From the NCBI RefSeq assembly GCF_009834535.1, contig NC_045696.1, positions 7,256,001 to 7,320,000 on the forward strand: 64,000 nt of DNA, read 5' to 3'. Positions 14,041-27,132 of this stretch are shown here, piece after piece (within the stretch, counting starts at the first letter, position 1; every line of letters starts with the position of its first letter). The position numbers and the translations under genes were made by a program. The notes under the pieces were generated by a model. The model saw nothing but the letters and a program-made list of their open reading frames with translations. It was not told where the DNA came from and did no database searches. The DNA comes from Camelus ferus. Taxonomy: Eukaryota.

Positions 14041-15629
14041 ATTCTTAAGGTCAAGAATTCCCCAAACACAGAAAGCTATTAGATGTTCTGGTTTACTATT
14101 CATAAGACTAATGAACCAGTAGCACAAGGCATCAATCCCAGTACACCAGAACTTTCATCTATTTCTTCAATTAATGGGTTATAGAAGCTTTCTGTTTCTT
14201 TTTCTCTCTAAATGTTTAACTTTAGAGCCCTGAACTGTTCACTGGGTTTTTTATTATCTGGAAGCCACATAAGCAATCTCTTATGATTAACCTTAAGCAA
14301 ACTGAGGTCCCTGCATCTCAGTTTTTAACTTACAAACAGATACTACCAACCCCTTTCTAGGGCTACTGATAATGTTAACTATTAACGTATATGTTCACTG
14401 TCTGCCCCATACATAGCAGGCAATCAATTAATAAAGGTGGCTACTGTTACTATTATTAAATAATATCTCATATTTTAAGAGGAGAAACTCATTGGTTTAC
14501 ATGAACATCTCTTTTCTTAAAAATCTGCCAACAAGTTGAAGCTCCAAGTTTCCATTTTACATTGGTATTATAAATGGTATCCCCCCAGCCCCTATGTTAC
14601 CAGAGATAAAGCAACAAGTAGCTTAAAGTATTCTAACATGTTGCCACCAAAACCAAGTTCAAGGAATACATAAAGAGATGGATAAATGGATAGTCGGATG
14701 AAGCAAGTTCTGCTCACCCTGACTGCAAGCCATGAGTCCTTCACATTTCCCTACAGTGAGCTCCGACTACACTGAAGAGCTTCATGAGGTCAGGGCCATG
14801 TATGTCCATGTGACTCAGAACTATGTCCAAGGGCCTAGCATGGGGCCAGCAAAGAGTCAAAAAATAAAATCTGAATACTTGCTTTTCTAAATATTTACTG
14901 CAGAAACTAGTCACTGAAAAAGGTTTCAGAACTATTTTAAAACAAATCCCTCTAAAACGTTTATAAAGCTCATGCACCTGACAAGATCAACAGCTTCAAT
15001 CACCTTCTAACTACCAGACTCATTCTGTTGAAAATCCATCCATACAATGAACTTTCTCTCAATCATTCTCTTTTTCTGTCACCCAAGTCTGAAGCAAAAG
15101 CCAAAAAGCATCCAAACAAACCACTTTCTTCACTTTGTCACTTCTTAAATGAAGTCAAAGCTAGAGCTTATTTTAAATGTGAACCTGACAGCTACTGCAA
15201 ATGCTAGACTGACATTCCAGATATAATTGTGGCATGAACCTTACCTTTTGGCTAAGATCAGAAGGAATATTCAGGCAGATTCCTTCCACAAATTAAAAAC
15301 GTTCCACATGACCACCAAGGACTGTATCTATTTCAATAAACTAATAAAATTATGTACTCCTTTAATAAAGAAAGCACAGTCTTTCCACTCCGTAATACCA
15401 ACATCTAGCTTCTAACACTTACTAGGCATTTCATATACACTTGTTAAGTTAATCCATGAGTATATAACTTTGTTGTTTTCCTGGCTACATAGTTTTCCAA
15501 TCCTATCTTTTAAAAGACAGGATTTACTTTTTCTTTTTATTCATTTTTATTCCCATATTTCCCACCCAACTTTTACTCCCTGATGTAGTCATTTGGTCCT
15601 CAAGACCAATGAGTAGAGATCAAAATGTA

Positions 15630-16070
15630 GTTCACTGATTCATTCAACAAGTGTTTAGTACTCACCATGTGCCACTCAGCAATCCCTGAGATTGCAAGGA
15701 GGAGTAAAACACCACTGCCCCTGCTCTCAGGAGGGTATTAATCAAATAAGCACTAAAAAAAATTACCAACTGTGATAATAAGCATTGTGAAAGGAAAGTA
15801 CCAGGAGACATGAAATATTAAAAAAGAAGTGACTGGGGTGGAGGTCTGCTTTCCCTGACAAAGTGATATCTGAACTGAAAATGAAGGAGGAAAAGTTAAC
15901 TAAAAGAAAGAGGGGATGACGGCTGACCCAGGAAACAGACATGCAGGCAAAGACAGGGATGCAGAGACCTGATGGAGAAGACAGCTTACATCAGCTGTGC
16001 ACATCATCCCGGAAGGGGGTCCTGTGACTAGTCTGGTCTTTACCCTAGAAGTCACAATAAATCATTAAGG
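15630..16070 (-). mobile_element. L2 fragment
   Basis: gattcattcaacaagtgtttagtactcaccatgtgcca...ttccctgacaaagtgatatctgaactgaaa. Confidence 0.65.
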
Positions 16071-18219
16071 AGGTCTTTTTTTTTCCTTAAAGACTGAGCA
16101 TTCTTGTTCATCCATTTGCTCAAATCCGTCTTCCATTTCTACCCGCTCTATTGAATTTTATTCCTTGAACATCCCTGTATGCCCACATCCTTTACTTCAG
16201 ACGTCTGTATCTTTATCTTACTCAGCATATAGCCTGCCTCCAAATGTCCCCATGAATTCTAAAACTTCTACCTTCAATTTCTTCCCTTTGCATAGTTGAC
16301 TCCAATACTGCTGAGTAATTGTGGGCCTTCAGGCCAATTCTTAGGTAAACTTACCTAGCGTTACTGACATTCCGCACTGTACCACAGAAACCACTAAAGG
16401 GAAATTCAAAAAGTGAAATTAGATTGTAAAATACGCTGAGATCCTAATAATTTTCTCACCATTGCTGCTTTAGAAAACTTGTATGAAACAATCTTTTATA
16501 CCACAGAAGTAATACATCTCAAAAATAAACATGTTTGATGTGAAGATAAAGTCAAAAACACCACTGTGATGACAGTTGTTCTTTTTCAAGAGGAAATCAA
16601 ATCAGAACAAATTTTTCAGCAGACATTATTTATCTTAAGGACTGGAGTCCTATTTATAGCCAAATAACTTAAAATTAATTGTCAAAGGGACTCTAAAAGG
16701 AGACAAAAATTTCGACCTTCAAAATGCAACATCAGAAATTATTCTATTTCATAGACTGTGTTCCCTTTAATGAAAATGTATGTCCACTCTGTAGTGACTC
16801 CTTACACCTGCTCTAGAGATTAGTGAAGGTCCCCCCAGAACTAAGCTCTGTGATGGTACCCACGGCCTGGCCCTCGCAGCAGCACTGATTCCCAGGCCCT
16901 AGCTTGGGACGAGGAGGCCCTTGTTTGGCACTAGTAGGTACTTGATAAATAGCTCTACCCGGCTCACACAATAAATGCTTTTTCAGATGACTGGTGTCCC
17001 AATAAGGATTCACGTGAAAATAAACAGAATAAATATCGTATTTTTCTGAAAAATACTAAGATACGTTAAACTCGCACATATTTAGCTACTCTACATGTTT
17101 CAAACTGTGAACTGTGACACAACCTTTTCTTCTCCAGGATCACGGCTTCTAACGTGGCCTTCTCCCATTGCCCCATTTTTCAGCTCATTTTTAATGGCAC
17201 TAAAAATTATTTCTACCTGTCACTAATGGAAGGTTTGAACGACAATAAGAATTCTACCTTCTTTTCTTCAGTTCCTCCAGGCCCTGAATGGGAAAGATTC
17301 TCAACTGTCCCATTAAGCCATTCCGGTCCCACATCTTCTATACTGCCACCAAAGCTGAATTCTCTCCTTTCTAATTCCAAAAACTGGGCCACATTGCTAT
17401 TTGAATCCAGAAACATTCACTCTGTTCTGTTGAAAATAAAATAATTAAAAATAAGGTGTTTCAAACTTGGCTCTCTCTTCTGTCTTCTACTTTTTACGTC
17501 TTCTTATTCCTCCGTGCCTGTACACCCAGAATAAGCCTGCCTTCCAAACCCTCCTTCTTAGGGTGTCATCTCCCTAATGCATGGCCTTGTCATCCTTGCC
17601 CTGCTGAAAAACCTTCAACTGCGCCAAATTCACATTCCTTGTAATATTTAAGACCCATCACTCTCATTTCTCACTGCAACTCTCCCTGTCCCTTGCCCAA
17701 CAGCGCACACACACACATACTCCAGGCACACACTGGCCTCCTCCAGCCAACTGTCAATTCTCCAGGTTCTACTGTAAAAAGCCCATCCATTCTTCGAGAC
17801 AAGATAAAGACCCTCCTCCTCTACAAGCTGAAATCCCTGGATCTGTCTTACCTCGCTGTGTTCTTCTGGTTCTCTGTACATCAATACCTCTAGTTGTTAG
17901 CAGCCATGGTCTTACCTGTTCTCATTTTGCCTGTATACACACAACATCTCAACACTAACAGCAGGGGTAACCAAATCTTATTCACTTTTGCAGTCAAAGC
18001 TTCTACCACCAAATTGACATCTCTTATACAGAAGACAGTCAGATGTCTCCTCAGTTGCAGAAGAACAAGAATCCCCTTTTACAATTTATCAAAACATCAG
18101 TTCTTCATTCAACAGATAAATACAGGAAAATCACAAAATATTCTTAACTATACATCAGGCAAAGAATGAATATTTTGTTATTAAAGTACAAGACTTACAG
18201 TACAACTTACGATGATCAA

Positions 18220-18980
18220 ATTAACTCATAAAGAAATGCAAATTCAAACTAGACTTCTCTGTTCACCAATAAATTGATTAAGATTTTTAAAACTTTGGTA
18301 ACACCCGTACTGGTGAGATCTGGTGAACTATATACTCTCAGATACTCCTGATCAAGTATAAACTGGTGCTACTTTTTGGAAGATAATTTGGCAATATGTA
18401 TTCAATTGTGCATTTACCTGGTGAACGAGCAATTTCCCTTATAAATATACATCCTCTGGCTACTGCTCACAGAAGGGTAACATGTACAAGGATGCACACT
18501 GCAGCATTGTTTAAAATAGCGAAAATAGGAAAACAAATTAAGTGCTCTTCAATGGAGACTCTCAATTGTGGTGCATCCATAACATGGAATACTGCGCAAC
18601 CATCGAACACAACAGGGAAACTCTATCACCTGATCTGGGAATATTTCTAAGGCCGATCAAGAAGCTTAAGTTGCAAACTAGTGTTGCTTAGGAAGATCCC
18701 ATTTGCTTTTGCTTGTAAGTACACACACACGTCACATTTTTTTAAAAAACTGGGACTGCACTAAACATACAGTTTTGTAACATGTATTAAATGTTTACTT
18801 TATATATAACTGTACTTTTACATGCACAAGACATTTCTAATAGGAAAAACTGAACTGCTATTATTACCCATGGAGCAAGGAGGGGGGTGGCAGTTGGTGA
18901 CACCATTCCATAGGGCTGGATCAATCTTTTTTTTTAAACCATGAGTATATATTATTTGTTGATCATTAAAAACTAAAATT
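18220..18980 (+). mobile_element. Old L1ME-like 3' fragment
   Basis: agaaatgcaaattcaaac...tgtacaaggatgcacactgcagcattgtttaaaatagcgaaaa. Confidence 0.65.
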
Positions 18981-19974
18981 CCCTAAATGATCAAAACAAT
19001 ACCTTTCACGTTTGGTATGTTCCAATACTACTCATACAGGAGCCCTAAGCAGATACTGAAGCCCTAAGGAAAAAAGGATACTCCTACTCCAGTAATTACA
19101 TTCTCACCCAAGCCCAGTCTTCTGCAAAAGTATCCACTGTCCCATTACTGACACTCTCTTAATGACAGGCGGCCAGCAAGTGCTGGTCTAAGGCTCCCAA
19201 TCTCCGGCAAACAGCGAAGCCTCCACGAAGCTCTCCAGGACTGCAGATACCTCTCAAACACGCCCTGTATTCTCCTCGGGCAAAGGCACATGTGCCCTAC
19301 TCTTCCCTCCTCTTCCCAAAAAGCTCTAGCACTAGGGCAGGTGCTAATCTCCAGTTTTTAAGATGACAGCCAGCTAACTGATAAAAATAAAGTGTTAATC
19401 TGATAACAGGTAAAGAATATTCCACTAGGAATATTTCCACTTTAAATTAGGGTATCTAGCTCTTACCTTAATCTAAAAGAGTAAATTCAACAGTGAGAAT
19501 TTCAAGCAAACCAGATAAAAAGGAAAGCAGTAATCTGACCTACCTTTGTTCCTTCTAATCATACCAAGTAAACACCTACCTGGCATCCACCCTAATGCTG
19601 GAGACACACCACCCTACCCACCCTATAGTGCTGACACTATACCTTATTTAAAACCTCAACTTCCCACCTCTAAATATTTATCTGACCAATCTATTTTTCT
19701 AAGAGGCTAAAAGGACAGTTAGGTGAGCCAACCGTTCACTACCAATGAGCTCACACATAAATAGCAACATATCTGAAAATAACCAATCTCTCTAGAAAAT
19801 AAAAAATGCAGCTGGTACTCTGTCCTCTGTCCCCTCATCTGGAGAAAGAATAAAGAACCAGGAGTCAGGAAAACACACGCCAGTGCAGACCTGCTTATTA
19901 CTCTGAGGCACTGGTTGGTCATTTAGTTTCTTTGCATCCATTTCCTTCTCTAAAATGAAAGATGAACTATGTCA

Positions 19975-20132
19975 ATGTTTCCCAACGTTTCTACTGCATC
20001 AGGATTACCTGCAGTCCTAATTAAGAAAGCAGATTCCAGAGCATTACCCCTAAACCTAGAGAGAGAGAAGTATCTGCGCTTGGGAATCCCACAAGTTTGA
20101 CAAGTTCCCCCAAAGACTGTTTGAGAACCATT
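19975..20132. mobile_element. MER5-like hAT-Charlie remnant
   Basis: caatgtttcccaac...gcagattccagagc...tttgagaaccatt. Confidence 0.55.
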
Positions 20133-20779
20133 AGCTCCTCAGGTCTCTCTACTCAACCTAATTATACTCTAGATCAAAGGAATCCTAGACCTCCTTCTTT
20201 TCTCAAGCCCACAGAAATAAAGAGGAAGACACTGGATAGTAAAAATATGCTTAAATATTACTGCTATCATCCTCCTTGCAACTTCAATGATTCAAACATT
20301 TACTGAAAACCTGACAAGATGCAAGTGTTAGTCTAGTATTGTTTGCTGAGGATAAGGGCACAAATACATACAATGCGGTAGAGGTGACGACTAAAACTAA
20401 AAGCTTAGATTCCAAACACTGTTTACAGATAGTATAGTTACAGTAATTGAGAATCACGTTTGTATCAGAAAGTACCATCAGTAAAATAATGTGCTATTAG
20501 ACCCATAATTCCCTTACTGTTAGAAGTCTAGTTACATGTTTTCTTGTATTTCTTTTATATATATATTTCATATTTATGTATATATCACATATACTGAGTA
20601 CTGATGGTCTATTTCAACTTGCACACCACAGTTCAAGATTAGTGAGCAAATATGGAATGTAAACTCATTAGTGCAGTGAGTTGTCTTTTCAAAGTTCATT
20701 TCCGTAGATTTCTTTCAAAGCACCTGAAAGTGTGACAAGCAATGTTTCTATAATCCTCGACTCTCCTTCAGTAGAAACA

Positions 20780-21152
20780 GATTTTCAGCCAAATAGCCAC
20801 CCTACCAAAGACCACATATCCCAGCCTCCTCTGCAGCTACATGTGACCACCTGACTAAGTCTGGCCAACAGGCGTGAACAAGTCACATACTCAACTTCCA
20901 GGTTTGTCTTTAAAGAGAGGATGTTCTCTCCCCACAACCTGTTCCTGGACTGTAAGTGTGGTGAGGAGCTGTCTTGAATATATAGCAAGTGGTATCTCCT
21001 TAAGTACAGGAAAATAGGACAGAAGGAACCAAGGTCTCCTCTAGCTTGGAGTCACCACATTAGCCTTAGACTACGTATGAGAAACAAACTTCGTGTTTAA
21101 GCCACTGTATTTAGTCAGAACATAGGCCCAATCTTGTGTTCTAACTAATGTG
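20780..21152 (+). mobile_element. Ancient ERVL LTR, LTR16-like
   Basis: catatcccagcctcctctgcagctacatgtgaccacctgactaagtctggccaac...tttaagccactgtattt...ctaactaat. Confidence 0.65.
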
Positions 21153-21279
21153 TATATAAAGTATAAATTATTCAGAAATATTACATAAGAGCTACTTAAT
21201 CAACTCAGTAAAGCTGAAACTCTATTATAAATTCTTGGGTAGCCCCACTACTGAAATTATTGCTACTGTACCAACTTAC

Positions 21280-21985
21280 ATTTAAATGGCATTTTACACT
21301 TTTATAAAGCACCTTCGTTACAGTATCTCATTTTGCATTCTCAAAACCCCGGGCAGGGCAGCTGGTACTAGGCACATTTGGCATACAGGACACTAAAGTT
21401 CAGAGAAGCTACTCTGCCCAACAACGCACAACTAAGGAGTGGTGCTCAGGCAAGACTGGGGACACAGGTTCCTCATTCCTATCATTCCCGGTACATAGAC
21501 ACTCATCTACTCCTATGTGCTTGGCATTGGATTTACAGAAGTATTCCCGTCCAGATGGACCTTACAATTTAATGGAGAGGGACATACAGTAGATGAATAT
21601 GTGTAATGTATGAATACATATGAACAACTACAGCTATTTGCAATAAGGGCTGTGAAAAAAAGCAAGAGTTCTGCAAGAATGCATTGCCAAGGAATCTTAG
21701 ACTGGGGCTTGGGGGAAGGCCTGTATGAAGAAGAAGCATTTATTCTGAGACCATAAGGATGAGTATCAACGAAGAGGAAAGAAGGGAGAAGGCTACTAAG
21801 AAATCTGTATGTGTTATCTCGGTCTTCACAAGAACCCTATGGTAATTGGCTTCAAATCCACTTTACAGACGAAGTAACTGATTCTTAGCAAAATCACTGT
21901 GCCTAAAGTTCACACTGCCAGTGAGTAGCAGGACCTGTTGAGACTCCTGCCTGACTCTGGTGTTCTGCCTGGCACTATCTCACAG
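21280..21985 (-). mobile_element. MIR / L2 / MIR fragment cluster
   Basis: cactaaagttcagagaag (MIR); ctactcctatgtgcttggcattgg...gaaggcctgtatgaagaagaagcattt (L2); ccactttacagacgaagtaactga (MIR). Confidence 0.55.
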
Positions 21986-24900
21986 GCCAGTCCTCTCTCC
22001 AAGTATAAGACTCCCTCAACTGCTATCTGTAAGTAGATGTTAAGCAGATTTTGCATAGATGTCACAATCCAGGCATCTTTGTACCCAAATGCATGTGCCA
22101 AGATGCCAACCTTAACCACAAATATCTATAAAACTTAAAAAAAAAAAAAAAAAACCTCTTGTCAGTTGAAATTTTATTATCTACTTAGAAAAATTAGGGG
22201 ATTATTTCATGAACAGGGACGTTATTTAAAATAGAAATGATGCTGATACCAGTTTCATTCCATGTTAAACCAGTTCACTAAGCCCCCTCCACAAAATCGA
22301 TTTAAACAAGCAATTCAGTTATAGGGAAATACAACAATTCATCAAGAGTAATGATATATTTGAAGCTATTATGTACTGCATATTAGATATGGGCATATGT
22401 TGCTCAAACAAAAAAATAGTTATATACTTTAACAAAACTTTAACAGTATTACAAACTTAAAAATCACCTTCTAGAAGACAGGGTACACAGCTCTGGGAGA
22501 AGAATCAACTGCTAAGAAGCCAGTATGGTTCTGAATTAGCCAAAAGTATGCCCACAAGAAACCACATCATTTTAGATCTTAAATGAACTGTAAGTTGCCT
22601 TCTCATCAATAAAGAATTCTAACTCATTATACAACTCTGGAAGTATGATTTCAAAGCAAAAACACAACTTTTTAAAGTCATTTGGCTGGTTTACACAATG
22701 CAGTATTTCTAAATCAGTTTGTTTTCATATACCAAAAGATGAAACTAAGGCTGCCTGTAGCCAACAGGTTAGGAAACAAGACTTGTCTCTAATTACCTGA
22801 TGTGAACTTTGAATCACTTCAGTCAAATGAAATCAACATTTCCCTTTCACGTAACCAATGGCAAACTTTACAGCTGTAGCTTAACAGTATAGCACTGACA
22901 TAAGGCAAGATTTCAAATGATTTCTTTATTTAGGGGCAACTGAGGAGAAATTTTATTATTTAAAATAATTTGATGATTTTTTCCAAGTAATTAAACACAA
23001 ATTTTAACCTCCCCAAAATTTTAACCCAAAATTGTACAAGCCTCGGGTTATGAATTACCGTAATTTATCTAGCCATCAAAACATTGCCCAATGGTCTAAA
23101 TAATATATGCTAAAAAGTCTTTAAAAGGCAAAAGCCACTACATATACGTAAGGTGCTCATATAAAAGTATAAAGTCACACATTTCACTTTACAGGGCAAA
23201 GTGTTAACATTAAGTTTCAGTTGACCATGTTTGATAGTTTCAAATAATATCTTTACTTCTAAATAGAAAATATGCACAAGTGTCTGGAGGGTAAAACCAC
23301 CAAAAAGCTCAACAGAAAGTAGGAATTCTTAGCTCACAGTTTAAATTACTGATAAGGAACACAACAAAATTCAAAGACTCATAAAATTTTGGGAGAGAAG
23401 AGTCAAGTTCTTTATAATTTGGTGGTTTTACTGGGTTCAGATGGTTGAACTTTTTTTCTCAGGGGATAAAAGAGAAACTGCTGGGGGTGTGGATGTGGGT
23501 GGGGTGTAGAAAAAGTGAAAGTTCTTTGAAGTAAGAGAAAAGCTAATGCTAAAGCAAAGTAAATGTGACTCACACCTTATCACAAATACCAAAAAAGTCA
23601 CATATAATGCCCCCTCTTCTATTCAGCTTATTTTTAAGATCATGTATAAAGCAATTAGTTCACTTCTCACTCATAATAAAGTTACTTCTATCCAAATTTT
23701 CTTCCCATGACTAGATAGTCGCCAACCATGAACAAGCATGTGAAAACATCCCTGGGCGATCTGAATTTCTAAGTTATTTCTTTCTTTTGTTGTTGTTTTT
23801 GTTTTTGTTTTCAAGTAGTACCCAAGATGCAATACAACTTAGCATTTTCTTTCTTTGTGTAGTTTCGAAACAAAATGTATGTCAAAGGTCATTCTAATCA
23901 TATATAGCAAGTTATCTTCAATTTTGCTTTGCAGAATTTATAGCACTGTGAAAACCTATGTAAATTCTTTAAATACCAGTTGTTGCACTTACCACTCCCC
24001 ACTCCCACGTCTTAAGTCCTAAACACAAAAACTCTACATAAATAAAACTAAGGGGCAGACAGAAGACAGCACCTAGAGGGGGAAAAAACTGTATCCCAGG
24101 GTTTTGGTTTTTTTAACTATCTACGTTTCCAAACAAGACACTGCATTACAATGGAATATCTTCACTTATTTTATGTTAGTGCCCTTAAAAGACTGGACTA
24201 ACTCATTTTTGAATCCCCAGGACACAGTAATTCTGTATGTTTGTTAAAGTTTCCTATAAGCCCCACCAAAAAGTCTTTAAAAGAAATTTAAGAAACGATC
24301 TTAAACCTAAATTCCACATTCCTAACAACAACAAAGATCTCAGCCAGGCCACTTAGTCCATATCCCCCCCCCATACCAATAACGACCATACACTCGCGCG
24401 TGTCTATTCAAATCCAAAATCTTTTTTAGATTTTAAAGGAGTGTGCCTTCATCTTACAGACACAGGGGTGACCCTTCCTTCTAGAATAATTTCTGAGCTT
24501 ATGTCTCTTAGGAACTCTTTGTACTCACAAAGTAACTTAGTTAAGGAGTCCTTAACTTTCTGGCAAGGTTTTAAGTCTAAATGAATTTGGACAGCTACCA
24601 TAAACACCACTGCTATTCCAAGGTAAATCCTCCAAAAGCACTGGGGTACTTTAAGTGTAAGTCACATGTATATGAAAAATCTTAATATAACCAAGTAAAC
24701 TTTTTTCTTAACTGCTGTTTCTTTGAAGCTATCTTCTTCAGTTTAAAATCTTAGCACATGAAATTTTAGTTCTAGTCTCACATTTATGGTCTACCTGAAA
24801 ATAATATTCTGGTAAAGTAACTAGTCAAGATAGGAAAATTTTACAAAACAAGAACTAAAGGTAACTCCACTAAATTATTAAAATGCTCCCAAATCAAAGT

Positions 24901-25329
24901 ATTAAATATACCCATTCTTAGGCACTTTGTATACGTAAAGTGTAAGGGATTACAGAAGAAATCTAAGTGTTCAAAGATAAAAAATAACTAAAAATAACTT
25001 TACACAAAACTTCCTATGACTCATCAGTACTTAAATGATGCCTATAATTAAAATTAAGTGTGAAGAACAAAACGCACTAAGGAGTATTTTTTAATTCCTC
25101 CCATTCAAAAATTGTCTACATAGTTTTCTTGGCGGGGGGGGGGGGGAGGCTGACCAGTTAGTTTCATTACGGGAGCCTCACCTCAACCTTTCCTTTCCAC
25201 TTCCGCAAACCACAAGTTAATTCCATACAAAACTCTATACATGGACGCAACCTCTAGGTTAGAATCCTGAGTCATGACACACAAATCGCCCCAAAATTTG
25301 CCAGTATTTATAATAATGAGTTATGACTT

Positions 25330-25520
25330 AGTGATTAAGAGCCCACGCTGGTTACAGATTCCTGTCTCCCAGGGTCCCAGTTGTATGACCTTGGATGAGT
25401 CACCGCTCAGTTTCCTCATCTGTGAAATGGGTAACAGTTCCCACCGGGAGGATAAGCAAATTAATACACGTAAAACCCTGAGGACGAGTGCCCGGCAGTC
25501 TCCGTCTTAATCATTAAATC
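25330..25520 (+). mobile_element. MIR SINE
   Basis: gtatgaccttggatgagtcaccgctcagtttcctcatctgtgaaatggg. Confidence 0.75.
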
Positions 25521-26464
25521 AGTGTGAAAACAACGTTATAAGGTGTGTTTTCTGACAATCTGGGCGGAATTCAAGAATTAAGGGGGGGTGGCATTCAAGC
25601 CCTGCACCTAGATAACAAGATTCGTATAATCTAGGGTTGGACGAAAGGCACAGAGAAATAGTCACTTCGCTCACCATTTCTGCCATTTTTAACTATTTCA
25701 GACCTGGGAGCGGCCCTTTCGCTAAGTGTTAAGCTATTCAGCAGCTTGGGCGTATCTAAGCGAAGAGTGGGTTTGTGCCTATTAATAGACTTGTAGAAGT
25801 TTTGTTGCAATACCCAGGTATCTATTATAATTTACGCATCCTCAGCCACCAACTCCTCCAGCTGCTAAACAGGTCATCACTCCATCTCGAGTGGCCGGGC
25901 TCACTCGCACTCACTGCACAACTTCGGAGCACGCCGAGCGCCCTCGCTCCAGCACACACCCCAGAGGGCCGCGCGGGGACCGGGCCCCCGACCTTCCCCA
26001 GCGCCTCGCCCAGCAGCCAGCCCCATTTTCTTAACCCGTACATTGTCCTTGCGGAGAACCCCGGCGGTTCCCACACTGGTGGGGACCGAGAGGAGGGACG
26101 AGGGAGGAGCTGGGGGAAGAGGATGAGGAGGAAGAGGAGGAGGAGGAGGAAGACAACCTCCTCCCCTTCGCTCGGGCGACCAGTGAAGGTCTGGCGCTTT
26201 CTCCGGCCCCCAGGCCCCGGCTCCCGGGAGGCCGCGGCCCCTGCTCCCACCCTCCGCAACTTTCCCACCGCTCGCACCCGCCTCTCCTCCGGGACCCGGC
26301 CTGTCGGGCTCCCTCCCCCGGCGGCCGGCCCCGGGCCGCGGCGCCTCCTCCTAAAATGGCAGGTCCCTCCCTCCGCCCGGCTGGCCTCGGCGCGGGCCCG
26401 GCTGCAGGCCGCGGGGGGAGCCGGGCGCCAGGCCGGGCCGGGCGGGGCCGCGGCCGGGCCGGAC

Positions 26465-26473
26465 ACTCACCGG
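26465..26473 (-). other. Consensus 5' splice donor CCG|GTGAGT
   Basis: Reverse complement of ACTCACCGG is CCGGTGAGT, followed by GC-rich intronic sequence typical of first introns. Confidence 0.8.
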
Positions 26474-26951
26474 GACGATGGCGGGGCGCTCACGCCGCTC
26501 CCTCCGGTGAGTCTCAGTCTCCGGCTCCCGCCGCTGCGCTCCCGCCGCGGCCTCCGCAGCCAGCGCCGCCCCGGCCGCCTCTCTCCGCCCCCGGCGCTCC
26601 CGGCTCGGCGGCTGAGCCGCAGCCTTCTCAGTCTCTCTCTGGCTCGAGGTTCCAGCGGCGCCCGGGGCCGGGGAGGAGACAGCCCCCTCCCCGGCAAATA
26701 CCGCAGTCCCCGGACCCCGACTCCCGGCGGCGGGGCCGCGCGGCCCGGCCCGGCGCGGAGGGCGGCGGCGGCAAGGCCGGGCGCCGAGTCGCGGCCGCTC
26801 CCGGCGGCTTCTTCCCGAGGAGGATTTTGTAAATCTCACAAAATGGCGCGCGCTCCAAACCTGCGCAGCGAGAAGCGCCGGGGCCCGAACGGACGGTGGC
26901 GGCGGCGGCTCCTCCGCCAGGAGAGCCCGAACCGCCCGCCCCCGAGTCCCC

Positions 26952-27047
26952 GCACAGACAGACAGACACTCACACACACTCACACACACACGCACGCACC
27001 CTCGCCCTCGCACACGCTCACTCACACACACACTCTCACACTCACAC
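26952..27047. repeat. Compound (CA)/(CACT) low-complexity repeat (GU-rich on the transcript)
   Basis: cagacagacagacacactcacacacactcacacacacacgcacgca...cacactctcacactcacac. Confidence 0.85.
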
Positions 27048-27063
27048 CGGTCCCGCCCGCTCG

Positions 27064-27132
27064 CCGGCGGCGGCAGCGGCACCAACAGCAGCAGCAGGAA
27101 CAGCAGCAGCAGAAGCGGCGGCGGCGGCGGCG
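27064..27132. repeat. Interrupted CGG/CAG trinucleotide tract
   Basis: cggcggcggcagcggcaccaacagcagcagcaggaacagcagcagcagaagcggcggcggcggcggcg. Confidence 0.85.

Noticed and set aside
25134..25146. Poly-G/C runs (also ~8538-8551 and 61137-61149)
   Set aside because: Isolated homopolymers with unreliable assembled length and no supporting context
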